A stretch of 63,909 bases of DNA, counting the filler, from Choristocarpus tenellus KU-1152 (lineage: Eukaryota > Protista > Phaeophyceae): NCBI GenBank assembly GCA_964200185.2. It is 13 parts of 13 records of this genome, joined end to end, with 100 filler letters (N's around TTAATTAATTAA, not from the genome) between each part and the next. Parts side by side here need not be neighbours in the genome. Positions count along the whole stretch, not along the records: positions 41,226 to 53,383 come from CAXNAD020001948.1; positions 53,484 to 58,454 come from CAXNAD020012324.1; positions 58,555 to 61,297 come from CAXNAD020025128.1; positions 61,398 to 63,909 come from CAXNAD020027185.1; 9 more parts are not named here. One strand, 5' to 3'. Both the position numbers and the translations under genes were made by a program. Within the stretch, counting starts at the first letter, position 1. Each line of letters starts with the position of its first letter. A model generated the notes under the pieces. That model ran no database searches and was not told the DNA's origin. It saw only the letters and a program-made list of their open reading frames with translations. Below are positions 49,201 to 63,026 of the stretch, in pieces.

Positions 49201-52200
49201 CATTCTATCCCTCAGGGAATCAATGTGTATCTGTGTCAACTGATGGTCAGATGATGTGGTGGGATACACGGCGATTGGGAGAGCCAACTGATACACTTCT
49301 TTTAGCAACAGACTCAAAGGGGGGGGGGATGGTGTTAGGGGGTAGTTCAATGGAGTACAACCAGGAGGCTGGACCAACAAAGTATCTTGTGGGTACGGAA
49401 CAGGGCATCGTGATGCAGGTTAGAGCAAGGCATACAATAACTAGGAGTCAGTTTGTCCATCACTAGCTCAGGCATGGATGAAAAGAGTAACCTCCGTGTT
49501 TCAGAATGGAGTGATCACCTCAATCCTTAAATATGCCTTTTTCAAGCACAACCCTAACCTGGAAAACTTATACCTTTCTACTTTGTCTAGGCAGATACGT
49601 GCTTCCAATCTGTCTCCTACTTCAAGTACATGATACCTGTGTTCAAATCATAACAAATTTTCATTTGCACACGCCTAACTGTGAGTCAAACTATCTTAGA
49701 GGGTAGAGCAGCATCCTTTTGGGAGCCAAAATATAATGTTGCAATTTTGATGCAATTTTGGCTATCGTGTTTGTTAGGAAGTGTCATTATCCTTTTTTCG
49801 GACACACCTTTTCATAACGTAAACATTTTACCTACTCAAAAATGTTTCAGAGTAGGTAAAATGTCATAAAAATCCCATGGGAAGCCAAGCCCCAAACAGA
49901 CAAACAGGGCAAAACTTGTAACCTCTAAGATACTTTCACTCACTTGAAATTCATCTACTTACTCCTTACTATATACTTGGAGTATACAAATGTCTATGGC
50001 AACTGAGAATATAATCTGAGCCTTTGTGCAATGCCCTGACTACCATGGAAATCAACACCTCTTCCATAGCCAGTTCACACTATCTGATACAAGTTACTCA
50101 ATGTTATTATATTTAATATCATGATCTTCGAGCAAAAGTGGTCATCAATCATACCGTTAAAAAAAATGTAGGATGTTTTCCTGAATTAAGAAAGCAAGAG
50201 CCTGAAGCCAAGCCTGCTGCCACTGCACTGTTTCCTTTTGTTCCAGCATGCTTATAAGTACATCAGCACATCTGCATATCAGTGTTCTAATCAATCCTTT
50301 GCTGCCTTCATGTAATCTTCAAGCTAATAAAAAAGACAGTAGGTGTTCCTATTATTGAGTATGGGATCTCCTTTGAAAGATTGGATGCTGCAGAAAGAGT
50401 CAAAGGCTGTACCTAAGAGTTCTCACGAAGGGTTTTCCATCCGAATCAGGCAGAAGGCGGTACGATTGGATTCAAAAGTATCTCCGATGCTACTGCTATT
50501 GGGTGTATGTACAACACTTTTCCTTTCATTTGTATTACAAATTCCACCTGTTGCGTGTGATTACTCTGAGTATGATACATTTTAAGCTAAAGCACTTATT
50601 TCACATGTCATGTTGCCTCACAGCGAACAAGATTTTGTAACAACCTGCGCCTCTCTATATACCCGTCCTGTATTTGTTTTGGTTTTCCATTCCTAACTGT
50701 AGTCTTTTCATTCTGTTTTTTTCAGGTAAATCTGCGGAACCGCAAACAAAACAATGGGATTGGTGTCTTTGATATGGGAGCAGGCAAACACCATGGGCCA
50801 ATCTATAGCATCCAGCGCAACCCAACTCAGAATAAGTACTTTATGACTGTGGGGGATTGGACAGCTAGGATTTGGGCTGAGGACCTCAAAACACCTATCA
50901 TGACAACCAAGGTGAGAAGCCTGCAAGGTGTTTTTTATCCCCTGGTTGCTTTGGGGGTTAGGGTTAGGGTTAAGGCGAGACTGTGCAGGGGTATGACTTT
51001 CCTCAGTCAAGAACAGCAGGCAAGGTGTCAGTCCTGATCTCCTTTGGATTCTTTGGATTCTTTGGATTCTTTGGATTCCACCGACTGAGGTGCTAGGTGT
51101 ATTTTGTGTGATTTTCCTCCTGTGTCTCCTAGACTATTTCGATATTAAAAAACGATGCTCTAAGAAGTTCCAGGGTAGGCTGTAGAGCTCTAATTATTGT
51201 CTTCACTTTGCTCTAGGGACTAGTCCAACCTGTGGTGAGAGGCACTACTCACTGCACTATTTCTCAAACTAACTATTAGCATAACCTAAACTGCCTTGAT
51301 ACTACAACTAATTGCATTGCCTTGTGCACACCTTGCATCTTGTGTAACGGGTTTGGTGGCCCCTCCACCCATCCCTCCGTCTCCTCCCTGCTATCTAGTT
51401 ATGCAGTACACCCTGTCATGCAATATATCTTGTCATGCAATACATCCTGTCATACAGTACAGTTCCAGAATGAAGCCTTACTACCTTGTTATAGTTTTCC
51501 CTTGCTTTTGTGGTATCACTATTTCATAGCCATACACAGGATAGTATGGGTGTACAATCCATAGTGCTTGCTACATAGACTCCAGATCATTGAAACTGAG
51601 TATCCCTGAAACAATTCTGGCAACGATCGTCTCTGAATCTGTGCAATCCTTTGCAATAGTCCTGGCCTTTAACCACTGAGCTATGAGAACGCTGCTAAAT
51701 CCCACTTTGAAAAGTTAAATACAATAAGTAGTAACACAGTGTGAAGGATAGCTTCATTACTCTCCACTAATATTATATATATAGTCCATTCAATAAACCA
51801 TATCGGTGGTTTAGTTGAAATTGAGGTTACATAATTACATACACATAATTACATATACATAATCACAGAAGTGTGACAAGCACTAGCATAGTGGTAAGAG
51901 ACACTGCTGCAATTGTGCTCTGGAGTAGTAGCAGCAGGGACCAACAGACAATCACTTTTGACTCAAGCAAAATGTCTATGCTCAACAATAGAGATGATTT
52001 TCTGAGATGTACTGCAACACATAGTAGGGTACATATATGTCGGCATTGTCCAAAAGGTAATATCTATTGGGCTAAACTTACAGTAGCAACAGCAGTTTAC
52101 TTCCTATTGAATTGCTGGGTGGTTTACCTAAAATCAGCTTCCCCTTCATAACACATCTTTAGGTGCAAACAGATAAGTACCGCTTTGATTTTTTATTAGA

Positions 52201-53110
52201 TAGACACGAAGGAAGGGATTTTCGAGATATCATATCATATCATATCATATCATATCATATCATATATATATATATATCCACTTTCTTGAGCTCCATTAAC
52301 ACACTTTGCTGGACCTAGTCGTGAATCCATGCCCAGTCAGTCCTTACAGCACTACACCTCAGGCAGAGTTGTATCCACAAGCATCTTTGGGAGTATATGC
52401 TACACAATTTGAGTCAGAAGGAGAGGAAATGATGTGTTCTTCTGGGTCTACTAATTCATCTTTTTTTTTTTATAAAATAGTGTATTATATGTGTATGTAT
52501 CATCAATCAGCAATGTCGAGATTGTGCTTGACCAATTGTGAGAATAAGATTCTAAGTAATATTTTATGTACGTACAAAAGATGATGCAGGACATTCGGGA
52601 TATTTAGGGTTAGAGTATCTGACCAGAAGAAGTTTCACAGATAATTCCAATAAGAGTGCTTCTGAAGTGTTCTCAAGAACTGTTGGATCATTTGGTATTC
52701 CGAGCTACTTACTGTGACGTTTGATGTGCCCCATCTAGTGATGGTGTCTCACTCTCTTCTCATCTGTGATACAAGCTAATAAACAAAAATATAACCGGTT
52801 ATGTGGGACAACAGATCGTCAAGGACACCTTAACAGCCCAAGCAGAGTTGGGATGTACAACTTCCTCAAGCTTTGTTGAGTTTCAAAACCACTGAAACGA
52901 CATACAACTTAACAAACACCCTCCAAATGTTGTCCAGCTACTCATCCCCCCCCACCTCTACACACACTTCAACAGTACCACAGTGCCTACCTCACAAGTG
53001 GGTGCTTCAGTCCAACAAGGGCAGGTGTCTTCTTTGTGACACGTATGGATGGGGTGGTGGACATCTGGGACTACTTCTATCGGCAGAATGAAGTTGCCTA
53101 TAGCCACAAG
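46266..53110 (+). CDS. DNAI2: Axonemal outer-arm dynein intermediate chain 2, 3'-truncated; exons 46266-46271, 46515-46683, 47044-47138, 47315-47437, 47811-47962, 48447-48588, 48895-49060, 49216-49418, 50726-50911, 52976-53110
   Basis: [75 protein letters not shown]. Confidence 0.95.
49683..49941 (+). mobile_element. MITE family A, full-length, in DNAI2 intron 8
   Basis: Both TIRs present; collinear with other copies; no clear TSD. Confidence 0.92.
51590..51690 (-). other. tRNA-like fragment (pseudo-tRNA or SINE head) in DNAI2 intron 9
   Basis: Minus strand CTCATAGCTCAGTGGTTAAAGGCCAGGAC resembles a tRNA 5' half with A box; no complete cloverleaf. Confidence 0.35.
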
Positions 53111-55093
53111 GTACGCCTACCTGCAAGAGGTATCTACCCCGACACTCATCCTGTGTGTTCACACCTCAGGAGAGGTACTCATAAGAAAGGGCACTCAAGG
53201 TTGTTGTTCCCCCATATACATGTCAAATAGGCAATGATGACTTGACTCAGAATGTGTAAGTGTCGCCAATTTGTCACCTTCTATTGACCCAAAGTATCTG
53301 GGGGGGGGGGGGGGGGGGGCTAAAGAAAGGGAGGCCAAGGGGGCAAAAAAGAGGAAGAGAGAGTTTCTCTTAACGATCCGATGNNNNNNNNNNNNNNNNN
53401 NNNNNNNNNNNNNNNNNNNNNNNNNNNTTAATTAATTAANNNNNNNNNNNNNNNNNNNNNNNNNNNNNNNNNNNNNNNNNNNNGTGTGCTATCCTGGGTC
53501 TATGAGGGGGTGTGTGCTGGGGGGGGGGGGTCTGTGATTTTCTGCTGGCCAGGACCTAGCAAGAAATCACATTTTGGAGGAACGATTCTCTTGATAATGT
53601 TCAACAAATAATGGTTGGACTACACGGGTAGAGGGTAGTAGCGTTAGAAGTAGAATTTGGAGGAAAACAAACCACATCGCATTTTGGGTCAATCATCTCC
53701 AAAATAATGTGCTGCAAGAAATTATTTCTGGTGATAGCTATATACATGCGCAGATCTTATTGAAACCGTCCGACGGTTCATTTAGCTTGATTTTAGCATT
53801 ATCACCTCATCTTCTTCCAATCTCATTCCATTCCTTGTCATCAAATTACCCCAAGAAACAGTTTCCCTACATCTGGAATTCCAAGGATGAAAACAAGGTT
53901 GTGTGAAGTGATGGCAGTGCAGCGGCCCGCAGTTTCAACCATCTTGCCCCTCAGTTGCTCCCCCCTGTTCTGGATCGTATGCTGGTGCCTGTGTGGATCG
54001 AGAGGGGTCAAGGCTTCCGTTTGCTCTAAAAGACCTTGCTGTTTGGGTGAAGGGGTAGCCGTTCAACCATTGGTGAATTGACCGTGAGAGGGGAAACGGG
54101 AAGGGGAAAGGGAGAGAAGATGGTGGAGGAAATGCGGAAAGGCTGATAACATACAAATATATTGTCCACCACTGGAGTTCGGTGGACTCTCCTCAGAAAG
54201 AAACGAAGGGAGCATTCGACATTGAAATGACCTTCGGATCTTTGAGACTGAGTGTTAGGGACATAAGGCCAATAACTTCGCCGACTTGATAGATCCCAGA
54301 CACTTGGAAGAGGCATCGGTGCCAGTTGGAGATGGAACGGACCATAGTCTCGAGCGAGGAGGGGTGAACTCCCTGCCCATGTTGTCCAGGTTGTGGGTAT
54401 CTTTTGTTTGTAATGATTTGCATCATTCTCAGGCTGGCTGCGGTGAACGGAAACTGAACCGTTCTTCGACTGTTCTTCGCTGTGACAGTAGAGAGGCGTT
54501 TTTCGACCCACACTCATCTCCCGGTGAAGGCCTTAGGCAGTTGTTCATAGTGAACCGCAGCGTTCTCAGTTGTGATGATGCACATCGATGCTGTCTGTAC
54601 CTCAGGATGAAGCTCATAGGGGAAGCGTTACATGCAAGGCCAGTGTGATGTGTGTACTCTGTCAGTAGGTGGAGAGCCTTCTTCTGTCTTCGATCGATCT
54701 CCCTAATCAGGTTGGGCCGCTCAGCTGTTTTAGCCGTGGTTTGCGCCCTTCTTGGGCGGTGGTGCATGGAATTGAGTGTTGTGCGCGTTGGAATGAAGTT
54801 GTGGCATGGGGAAAGGATCGTGTGCAAGTACACTGCTCCCGTGGACCCACTTAAGTTGTCTCTTGATGGACACCCTCTAGAGTGGCAGGGAGTAGAATGA
54901 CAAAAGATGTGGTTTTTTTAGGGACAATTTCCCACGTACCACTCTCTGGCGGCTCGTACTGAGGGATGTCATCGCTGTGGGAACAATGAATGTGAAAAGA
55001 GGGACAAACTGCTGTACCAGGCTGCTAATCAAAACCAGTTGCCGAGGGTGTTGGGAGCAAACCAAGGCAAGAAATTTCCTTGAGGGATACTCG

Positions 55094-55360
55094 GAGTCGA
55101 AGTAAACAAGAGGTACCCAGGTTTCATCCGTTTTTCACTTTTAGCCAATTTTTCGATCTTATGCAGTTCACCCATATTTCTATGGATGAAGTGCTAAGTT
55201 TGGCTTGAGAGCATTGATTTCTCCATCGTTTGAGACTTTTCGACAGAATTATGAAAAAAATCCTACACGCATCTGAAAAAAGAGTCAGATTTTGGACATA
55301 CTTGACGGCATACTAAAAATGCAAGTCTGGAAAAAAAAAAATGTCGTTTACTTTTGGTTC
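55094..55360. mobile_element. Candidate MITE family C with ends related to family A
   Basis: GAGTCGAAGTAAAC ... GTTTACTTTTGGTTC; flanks TCG/CCG; AT-rich non-coding interior. Confidence 0.5.
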
Positions 55361-55750
55361 CCGTCTACCCTGTGTATGGCAATAATAGGTGCAAGGAAAG
55401 GCAAGCACCCCTGGATGATGCCTCTCGGTCGCTTGTTGTGGAAGGGTGAATTAATGGTGGAGGTCGCTGTCATGAGAAACAGACCAGACTCTACCGTTAA
55501 TGCCGTGCACTTGTTTACTCTTTTTCACTTTTTTTTTTCGTTGAAAATCCGGCCGAAATAAAAAAAATGAAGAATGCGAAATGATTGAGCAGGCGTGAGA
55601 ACCAGAGACACATACTATTTATTTATTCTATTCTGAAAGATAAAATATGGTGTTGCAGAACCTGCTCTATCTCACACGGTGACTTCCTTCTCGATCAGTG
55701 CACTATTCCACAACAACATGTGGCAACAGATAGGATACGAGTTGTAGAGT

Positions 55751-56500
55751 TTTTTTTTTTAACTAACACAACTATAGCTGGAACTGCTCCTAAACTGGCT
55801 CTATGAAGGAGGTCTAGGAAGAAGGGAAGAGAAGTCAAAGCCCTGCATTCTATAGACCACCAACCCTGTGTCTTCTCCAGCATAAACTGCATCACACATC
55901 GTAATATTGGTAGTTGTGCATGCAGTGGTTGACTAAAACTGCTGCAGGCATGCTTTCACTCCTCTCTTAAAACTAAAATCCTCTGCCCCACTACCACTCA
56001 CTACAGGAGTCCCCAGCACATCCAGGAGCTGCTCTGACTGAATGGCTAGACGCCCTAGGCTTTCCACCGCAAAGGTGTTGAGATTAATACTACAACGGTC
56101 TAATGTTCCCTCGTAGTGGTTACTGTTCCAGACTTCATCTACAGCAGGAGTGACATATTTTGTTCAATATCAATTGTTGGAAATAACAGCCTTGTTGGAT
56201 CTCTATGGAGGCCACATGCAGTAGTGGGACTAGTTCACCCTAGGGAACAGAGAGTGGCTTGCATGAGACAGTGCCTCAAGATGGAATACCACATCCATAC
56301 CGAAATTTCGGTTAGTGATGTGAAGGATTTCCACCCTCCAGAGTGCAAGGGACACCCATCCCCCCGTAGAACCTGCCCAGTTTCCTGACCATAATAGGCA
56401 AGTACTGCCATCATACTAGTCCTCCAGCCTTGGGGCAAATGCACCCATATCAAGTGTCCACAATCCGTTGTCTATATCCAGCTTCCGGGCAGCGTTTGTA
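55751..56500 (-). mobile_element. 3' part of a second CRE-like RLE retrotransposon with poly(A) tail
   Basis: HYEGTLDRCSINLNTFAVESLGRLA aligns with the 11420-12017 copy; A-run at 55751-55760 on the minus strand. Confidence 0.7.
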
Positions 56501-58976
56501 TAGTGCAATCAAATGGTAGTTGACTTTACCCCCATTCACAAGGCTATCTATGTTTAGTGGTTCTATCTTGTTGGATTTGAATTTCTTCGTGTCTGTTTGG
56601 GAGTATCATTCAGTGCGTTCAGTAGTTTGCCCATTTTTTTATTTTGTTGTGTTGTTTCTCGGTGGCATTGACTCTGATGGATTTTTAAAGGATACACAGG
56701 CTAGGGACTGTACGGAGTTGTCTGGGGTAGGGAGAGTGTTCGAAGAGGCTCTTCCAACTCTATTGGACAATTACAATATAGCGAATGTGAACTCAGAGTA
56801 CATAGCTTTTAGTTGGTAAATCAAACCTTTCTCTCACAGGAGAAAAAAATTGCTTTCACGGGGTGTTCATGTACCTTCCCTACACGTAAACTAATCACAC
56901 CTCTAGAACATTTTACAACATACCTTGCTCCGTCACTCCTGCTCCTACATGAGGCGGGTTATACTATCTCAAGTGCTTCCTCTACCCCTAAAGGCTAGTT
57001 CACGGTGAAACGGAATTCCGGGGACCCTGCCTTGCTGGCTCAAGGAGTTGGGTGGCTGCCCATGCATTGGGCTCTTTTTACCCAAACTGGCTCCTATGAT
57101 GAGTTAAGGCCATTGTAGAAGATTTACCCCTTCCAGATTTGGGACTGTAGGAAGGTTTGCTGGTTGGTTGGGAGTGGAAGGCATGAAAGTGGACCTGGTT
57201 GAGGAGGAGGGTTGATGTATATGCTGTGCATGTGTTGAATTATCTCCTATATCATGTGCTGCAAGGGTGTGAACTCCTGGAGGGGTTGCATCAGCCCAGT
57301 CTACCCAGTAGTCTCAACCAGGTCCTCAGAAGGGACTCCTGTGGATAGGATTGAGGAGATGATCCTCCCAGAGTCAACACGATAGAGTTGAATCAGATGG
57401 CACAGTGAGTTCCTCTCCAGAAACTCCTATACTACTACTACTACTACTACTACTATTACTACTACTAATATTGTGTTAAATTGATCCAGATCAATAGTAT
57501 TATGAAGTACTAATTGTATACTCGTACGTAAAATCACAAAATGTCTTGAGATATCTATGTTCATACGACTCTGGGCTCTGGGCAATCCTCGGATGCCCCA
57601 GCACCTCTATCGCACAACCCCAACTTCCCGACATTTTCAAAGAAGATGGTGGGACCGGAGTCCTACGAAAGCTAGGTGTGATAGCTAGTTCGAGAGTACT
57701 GAAGGTTAATCCGACGGTATCGATGAGCTGGGAACAGAGACTTGCAGCTGGGAAGATGGATCAGGTGAACGCAAGAGAGGCACATCATTTTTGTAACAAT
57801 CGAAACCATACTACCCAAATCAATCTTGCGATGTTGGGGAGAAGCATTTGCCATGGGACACCTAGATAGCCGTTGTATATGCGTATGCGACAGTCTCTTA
57901 GAGGAAGGGAGATCTAGCAACCCGATTCCATTGAGATCTCTTTGCAATCGAATGCTGTGCCAGTTCCAAGAATACTGCCTAGAATTGAACTCTTTGTGTA
58001 CAATGCAATGAGTGACACAGTGGTCACATTAGTGTAGTGAAAGTAAGTCGATTGCAGTCCTTACCATTGAATTTCCTATAACCTTGGAAATCGCTTACCG
58101 ACAAATAAAAGTGTTTCCGACACAAGAATTGACCCTGACACCTGAAGTCCTTCTTGTTCAAGCATCATGTCTGTTATCATGAGGATGCCACCACAAGACT
58201 AATACTTGGGAAGTACATGAACGAACTGCAGGTGCTTCAGCATTTTTTGATCTGGACACGATTAATAGCCCCCTACATTCGTTTTTGAGTGTCCGTACCT
58301 CCCCCCTCTCCCCCCTCTTCCTTACACGTATCCCCTTCCTCCTGCCGCCAATATTGGTCCAGGTACCCCCACCCCCTCCCCCTCCCCCCCCCCCAAGGTC
58401 AGATAGACCTCGCAATAGGGGGAATGAAGCTCCAGACGGGGAGAGCAAACGTCTNNNNNNNNNNNNNNNNNNNNNNNNNNNNNNNNNNNNNNNNNNNNTT
58501 AATTAATTAANNNNNNNNNNNNNNNNNNNNNNNNNNNNNNNNNNNNNNNNNNNNCCCCCCATGATACTTTGTGTTTCCTCATAAAATCATGACAACTTCA
58601 CACACTCTCTGTTGGATAGCACACACACGTAAGTAACTGTTGAGCCGAAGGGCATTTGAGGTGTGGCAAAAAAAAAACACGGTCCAATCACACCGATTGG
58701 CTTGATTGAGTCCAACAAAAGAATGAAATTCTGAGATTGAACTCAAAAACCCTCCTCCAATTGGTCAACTATTTCCTCTCGGCTTGCACGTGTGCGAAAC
58801 CTACCCTTCTTTTTTTATTTTTTTATTTTTTATTTTGATTCCGACTTCATCATCATCAATACCCCCAACGACTACTACAACCCAACACTCAGTGTGTACA
58901 CCCTTCTTCGACTCCATTCTATCCATTGGCAAACCATCCTAGCAAAAGGTCGATTTTGCCCTCCTTGAAACGGCAA

Positions 58977-59080
58977 CGCCTGATTCATCACACACGCTCT
59001 TATCTCAACCGCCTGATTCATCACACACACTCTTATCTCAACTGCCTGATTCATCACACACACTCTTATCTCAACCGCCT
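58977..59080. repeat. 33-bp tandem repeat, 3 copies
   Basis: CGCCTGATTCATCACACAC(A/G)CTCTTATCTCAAC repeated. Confidence 0.9.
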
Positions 59081-62000
59081 CTCGTACACATTCACATTTT
59101 TTTTTCTCGTTTTATAACAAACGACATAGCCACCAAAAAAAAAAAGGGCAGAAAAAGAAGAGGCAGCCAATCACAACACAGAAGTACAACCTTATCCAAC
59201 TCGCTAAATAAAATAAAAGAGAAGTTCATCACAGCTAAGAACTCTACAAGTACACCTACAATGAATGGGAGAACACATCGCATGTTTGAAACACTCCCCT
59301 CCCGTTAGAGAATGCGTAAGATCCTCAAAATACGTGACAGAAAGGCATGATTTCTTACAAAGTCATGGTCAACTGGGAACTTGGACAGGCGGAGGGGGAA
59401 GAGAACACTAAAAAAATGGAAATCACTTTTTCTTACTGCACAAGTATGATTTCTTCTTTTTCTACTACAAGACTTCGGATTCAGTGGAAGCAGTTGGATA
59501 AACGCCTCCATTTGAAAAGGCGATGCATGCCTGGAGTTAAAAAAAAATCTCTCAATGTACATAAATACCTGTTTGGTACAGTTTTGGGTATGTACCACTC
59601 GACAACCAAAAAAGATATTCCACTGCATTAGGAAATATTTTCAAAAAATCCAAGGTGAAAGTCTATCATTACATATCCTAAACAAAGAAATTTCCCGACC
59701 TTGTCATGATGAGATTTTTAATCCTTCAACAGGGAGAAGCATTTCAGCACAGGAATCCCCACTTTCCATTTCAACATTCTTCTTAGTGTGACCTCCACTA
59801 GATTGTCTACATGTCTTCTTGCAGGTTAACTCACTCTACCTCAAATAACAACAAAAAAGAGCATCTGCTATGGCAGTAGCAATATATTATTCTTTCAAAG
59901 AGATACTGCTGGACAGGAAGGATTCCAAATATAAATAAAACAATGCCGCCCACAGCTCCTACTCCTGTACCTTCAGCTTCTCAATTTTTTACAGCTAGCG
60001 GGGAGCAGCAATATGCCCAAAGGCCAACTTCAAAGGAAGAGAGGCAAGCATCCTTGGTACTTTACGGGACCAAGCTTCATCCCAAGTCAACCTCGGCATT
60101 CCAAAGTTGAGCAATGCTACCAGACACCACCTCAACACATTTAACAAACAAAACAAGGTAGGAAGGAGTCCACCAACCTACCTCCATAACTTTCCGAAGT
60201 ACTACTACGAACCAATTCCAAGATTCTTACAAGCGTAAGTTTAATCCGCTAGAAAAAAAAAATCAACGCAATCAAATTACCCTCAAAACATACACACAAA
60301 ACATGACTCGAGCAAGGTATTGAAAAAAATAATAATGCCAAGCTCTGCGAGCAGAATGCACGTTTGTGCAAGAAAAAAACGAAGGCGATGGAAGATTGAT
60401 TACCCCTTAATTTACAGTCTTTTCATTAATCGCGATTTTGTCGAACTGATTAACACCTAGTCTTGAAATATTATTACTACTTTTTCCTACCACAAGAGTG
60501 GCTTCAACAAAGTGACCAACAGCTCCCTCAAAAAGACAAAATAGGTCAAGGTTCTTCACCTCTCACCAGCGCTCCAGCTGAATCATCACCTCACCTTACC
60601 CGGGAAGCACAATGGACAAACAAGGTGATCAAAATCATACACACACACTTCCAGGTACTCGGTACTTGACAGAAAAAAAAAGGTCCTTGTGACAGGAACA
60701 AGCATTTCAACCCCAACGCCTACACAAGGTGAGGAATACCAGGTACATGAAAAAGTTCACACTTTCCTTTTTTTTCTTATCAATTTTAATACAGGCCTGT
60801 TCCTGCTCACCTGATGATTGGTCCCACTACCATTTTATCTTCATTTGTGTAGTAAATCCAGTTGTACTGAGTGAGAGTGAGGGGATCCGGCCAGGCCAAG
60901 TCAAAATCATCTTGACTCGTTACCAAGCTCCTGCAAAGGGGGTTGGAGAGTTCAGCAATTAGCAGCACTTCACAAATGAACCATCTCACCACTGACAAAC
61001 AACCCTTCATAGCCTGTCATTCCCTCAATTTATCATCTTCTTTAATTGAATATTAACTGCAGTGGGCACAAACAACTTCATTCTTGAACCCTTCCTGCCT
61101 TCAGACATGCTTATTGCTGCACCCCTATATTTTGAAGCTTCATCCCAGGAAACACACCATCGTAGGATGCCAAAGGGTTACCTCAACAACTTGACCCAAA
61201 ACATCTGGGGGGGGGGGGGGGGGGGACTCACCCTGGGTTTCTCTCGGAACAAAAAAAAAAAAAAATGAATATTACTTATCTAAAAAAAATAATAAAANNN
61301 NNNNNNNNNNNNNNNNNNNNNNNNNNNNNNNNNNNNNNNNNTTAATTAATTAANNNNNNNNNNNNNNNNNNNNNNNNNNNNNNNNNNNNNNNNNNNNCTC
61401 CCCCTCCCCCCTCTTAAAAATCAGAAATGTGTCTCTCCGGCCACTACTGTGGTCATTTTTTTGGAAACGTTCCTATATTTTTTTATTTTTTTTTAGTTCA
61501 GTTCAGTTCAGTTCAGTACCCTTGTCTCATTCCCATTCATGTCTGGGATCCAATGCACAAGTGAAACTGTGGCGGATCTACAGTATTGTAATTTTTTTTG
61601 TTTTTTATGGAAAAATCACAAAACACAAAACACAAAACACAAAACACAAAACACAAAACAGTTGCCACCCTGGACTGCCGTGTAGAATTCTGTGTGGTGT
61701 GCCACCTTGCCACTCCTTAACAATATTTACTCCTGTACCTCAACATTGATGAACCCCTCTGTGCTGTTGGTTGTCAGGGGTGATGTTGTCAGGGGTGATA
61801 CTACTGTGCCTCCCATATTTGTATCTCTGTATAGTTCTCACTCGTAGTAGAACTGTGCATCCAACAGTGATTCTACTACAGTCCAGGGGTTGCACAGATT
61901 CTAGAGCAGGTTCCCGACATTATGTTCCCAGGTTTTTTAATTACTCCCAGAAAAGATTTGCTGTTTTCCTGAAGAGATCGATCAAGTTCATCCAAATGTA

Positions 62001-62995
62001 ACGCCTTGCCCAATTCGACTGATTAAATGAGTGACATACCAATGATGGCGTTTCTGTCTGTGTGCAACTTATTCCATCCAAACCCACATTGATGTTGCTC
62101 CACCCACTCAGTAAGAGTCTTAGAGGTAGGGGAAATGAACATCACGGCAGTTTCACATCAATTTACAACTGAACACTGGTAGAAGCATCAGTCCCACAGT
62201 CATCAAACTTACTAGTTCCCTTGGCCGTTGTCATAATAACCTAGTTCTAATCCCTATGGGTGGATCTGTTGGGGGGGGGGATAGGCGTCAGTTTCTATCA
62301 GACTTTGTCGGTAGTGATTGAGTTGAGCTGTTTGGAAATTTTGAATTGTCTCCCTTGCATGACTTAGAACCCAGGTCAAGTCACCATATCCCCTAGGCTT
62401 TGGTCCCCATTTCCCTTACTACACCATCCATCAAATCTGTGCAACCATATTAGGCAGTTACAGTATTATGTCTCCTTAAAAGCTCTTTTTCCATTGCGAA
62501 ATTGCGCTCCAGTGGTGTTACCTAAGCTTGTGCTTAGAGTGCGACATTTTGGTGTAACTTAGGGTTAGGGTTACCATAGCAATACCTTCACGTCAAGTTT
62601 ACTACTTCAGACCTAAATTTCAACTTTATGGGGCCGTAGTTATTGCCTCTCATGAGATGTTTTGTTGTTCATGTTTCAAACTGTTTTCAGTTACACGGTT
62701 GCTGTTGTTTGTTTGAAGCTATTGAATGCCATCTTAATGCTTCGAAGTGGATCCTTTTGGGGGGGCTGGGGCTGAGAATTTTGTATCTGGCATTAGAGGG
62801 GATTATGGATTCTGCTTCTATTTGTGGAGATGTGGTATGATGAGCATGCAAACATGTATGGTAGTTAGAAAGTGGATGAGACCTTCCATTACGGATCACA
62901 TGAGCTTGAGAAAAACTATCCCTACGTGGAAATCGTATTTTTCGACCTGGGACAATTACGGAAGGTAAAGTAACAGGCAATTACAAGACAAAACT

Positions 62996-63026
<31 letters not shown>

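Noticed and set aside
51590-51690. Functional tRNA gene
   Set aside because: Only a 5' A-box-like half; no T-arm or acceptor pairing
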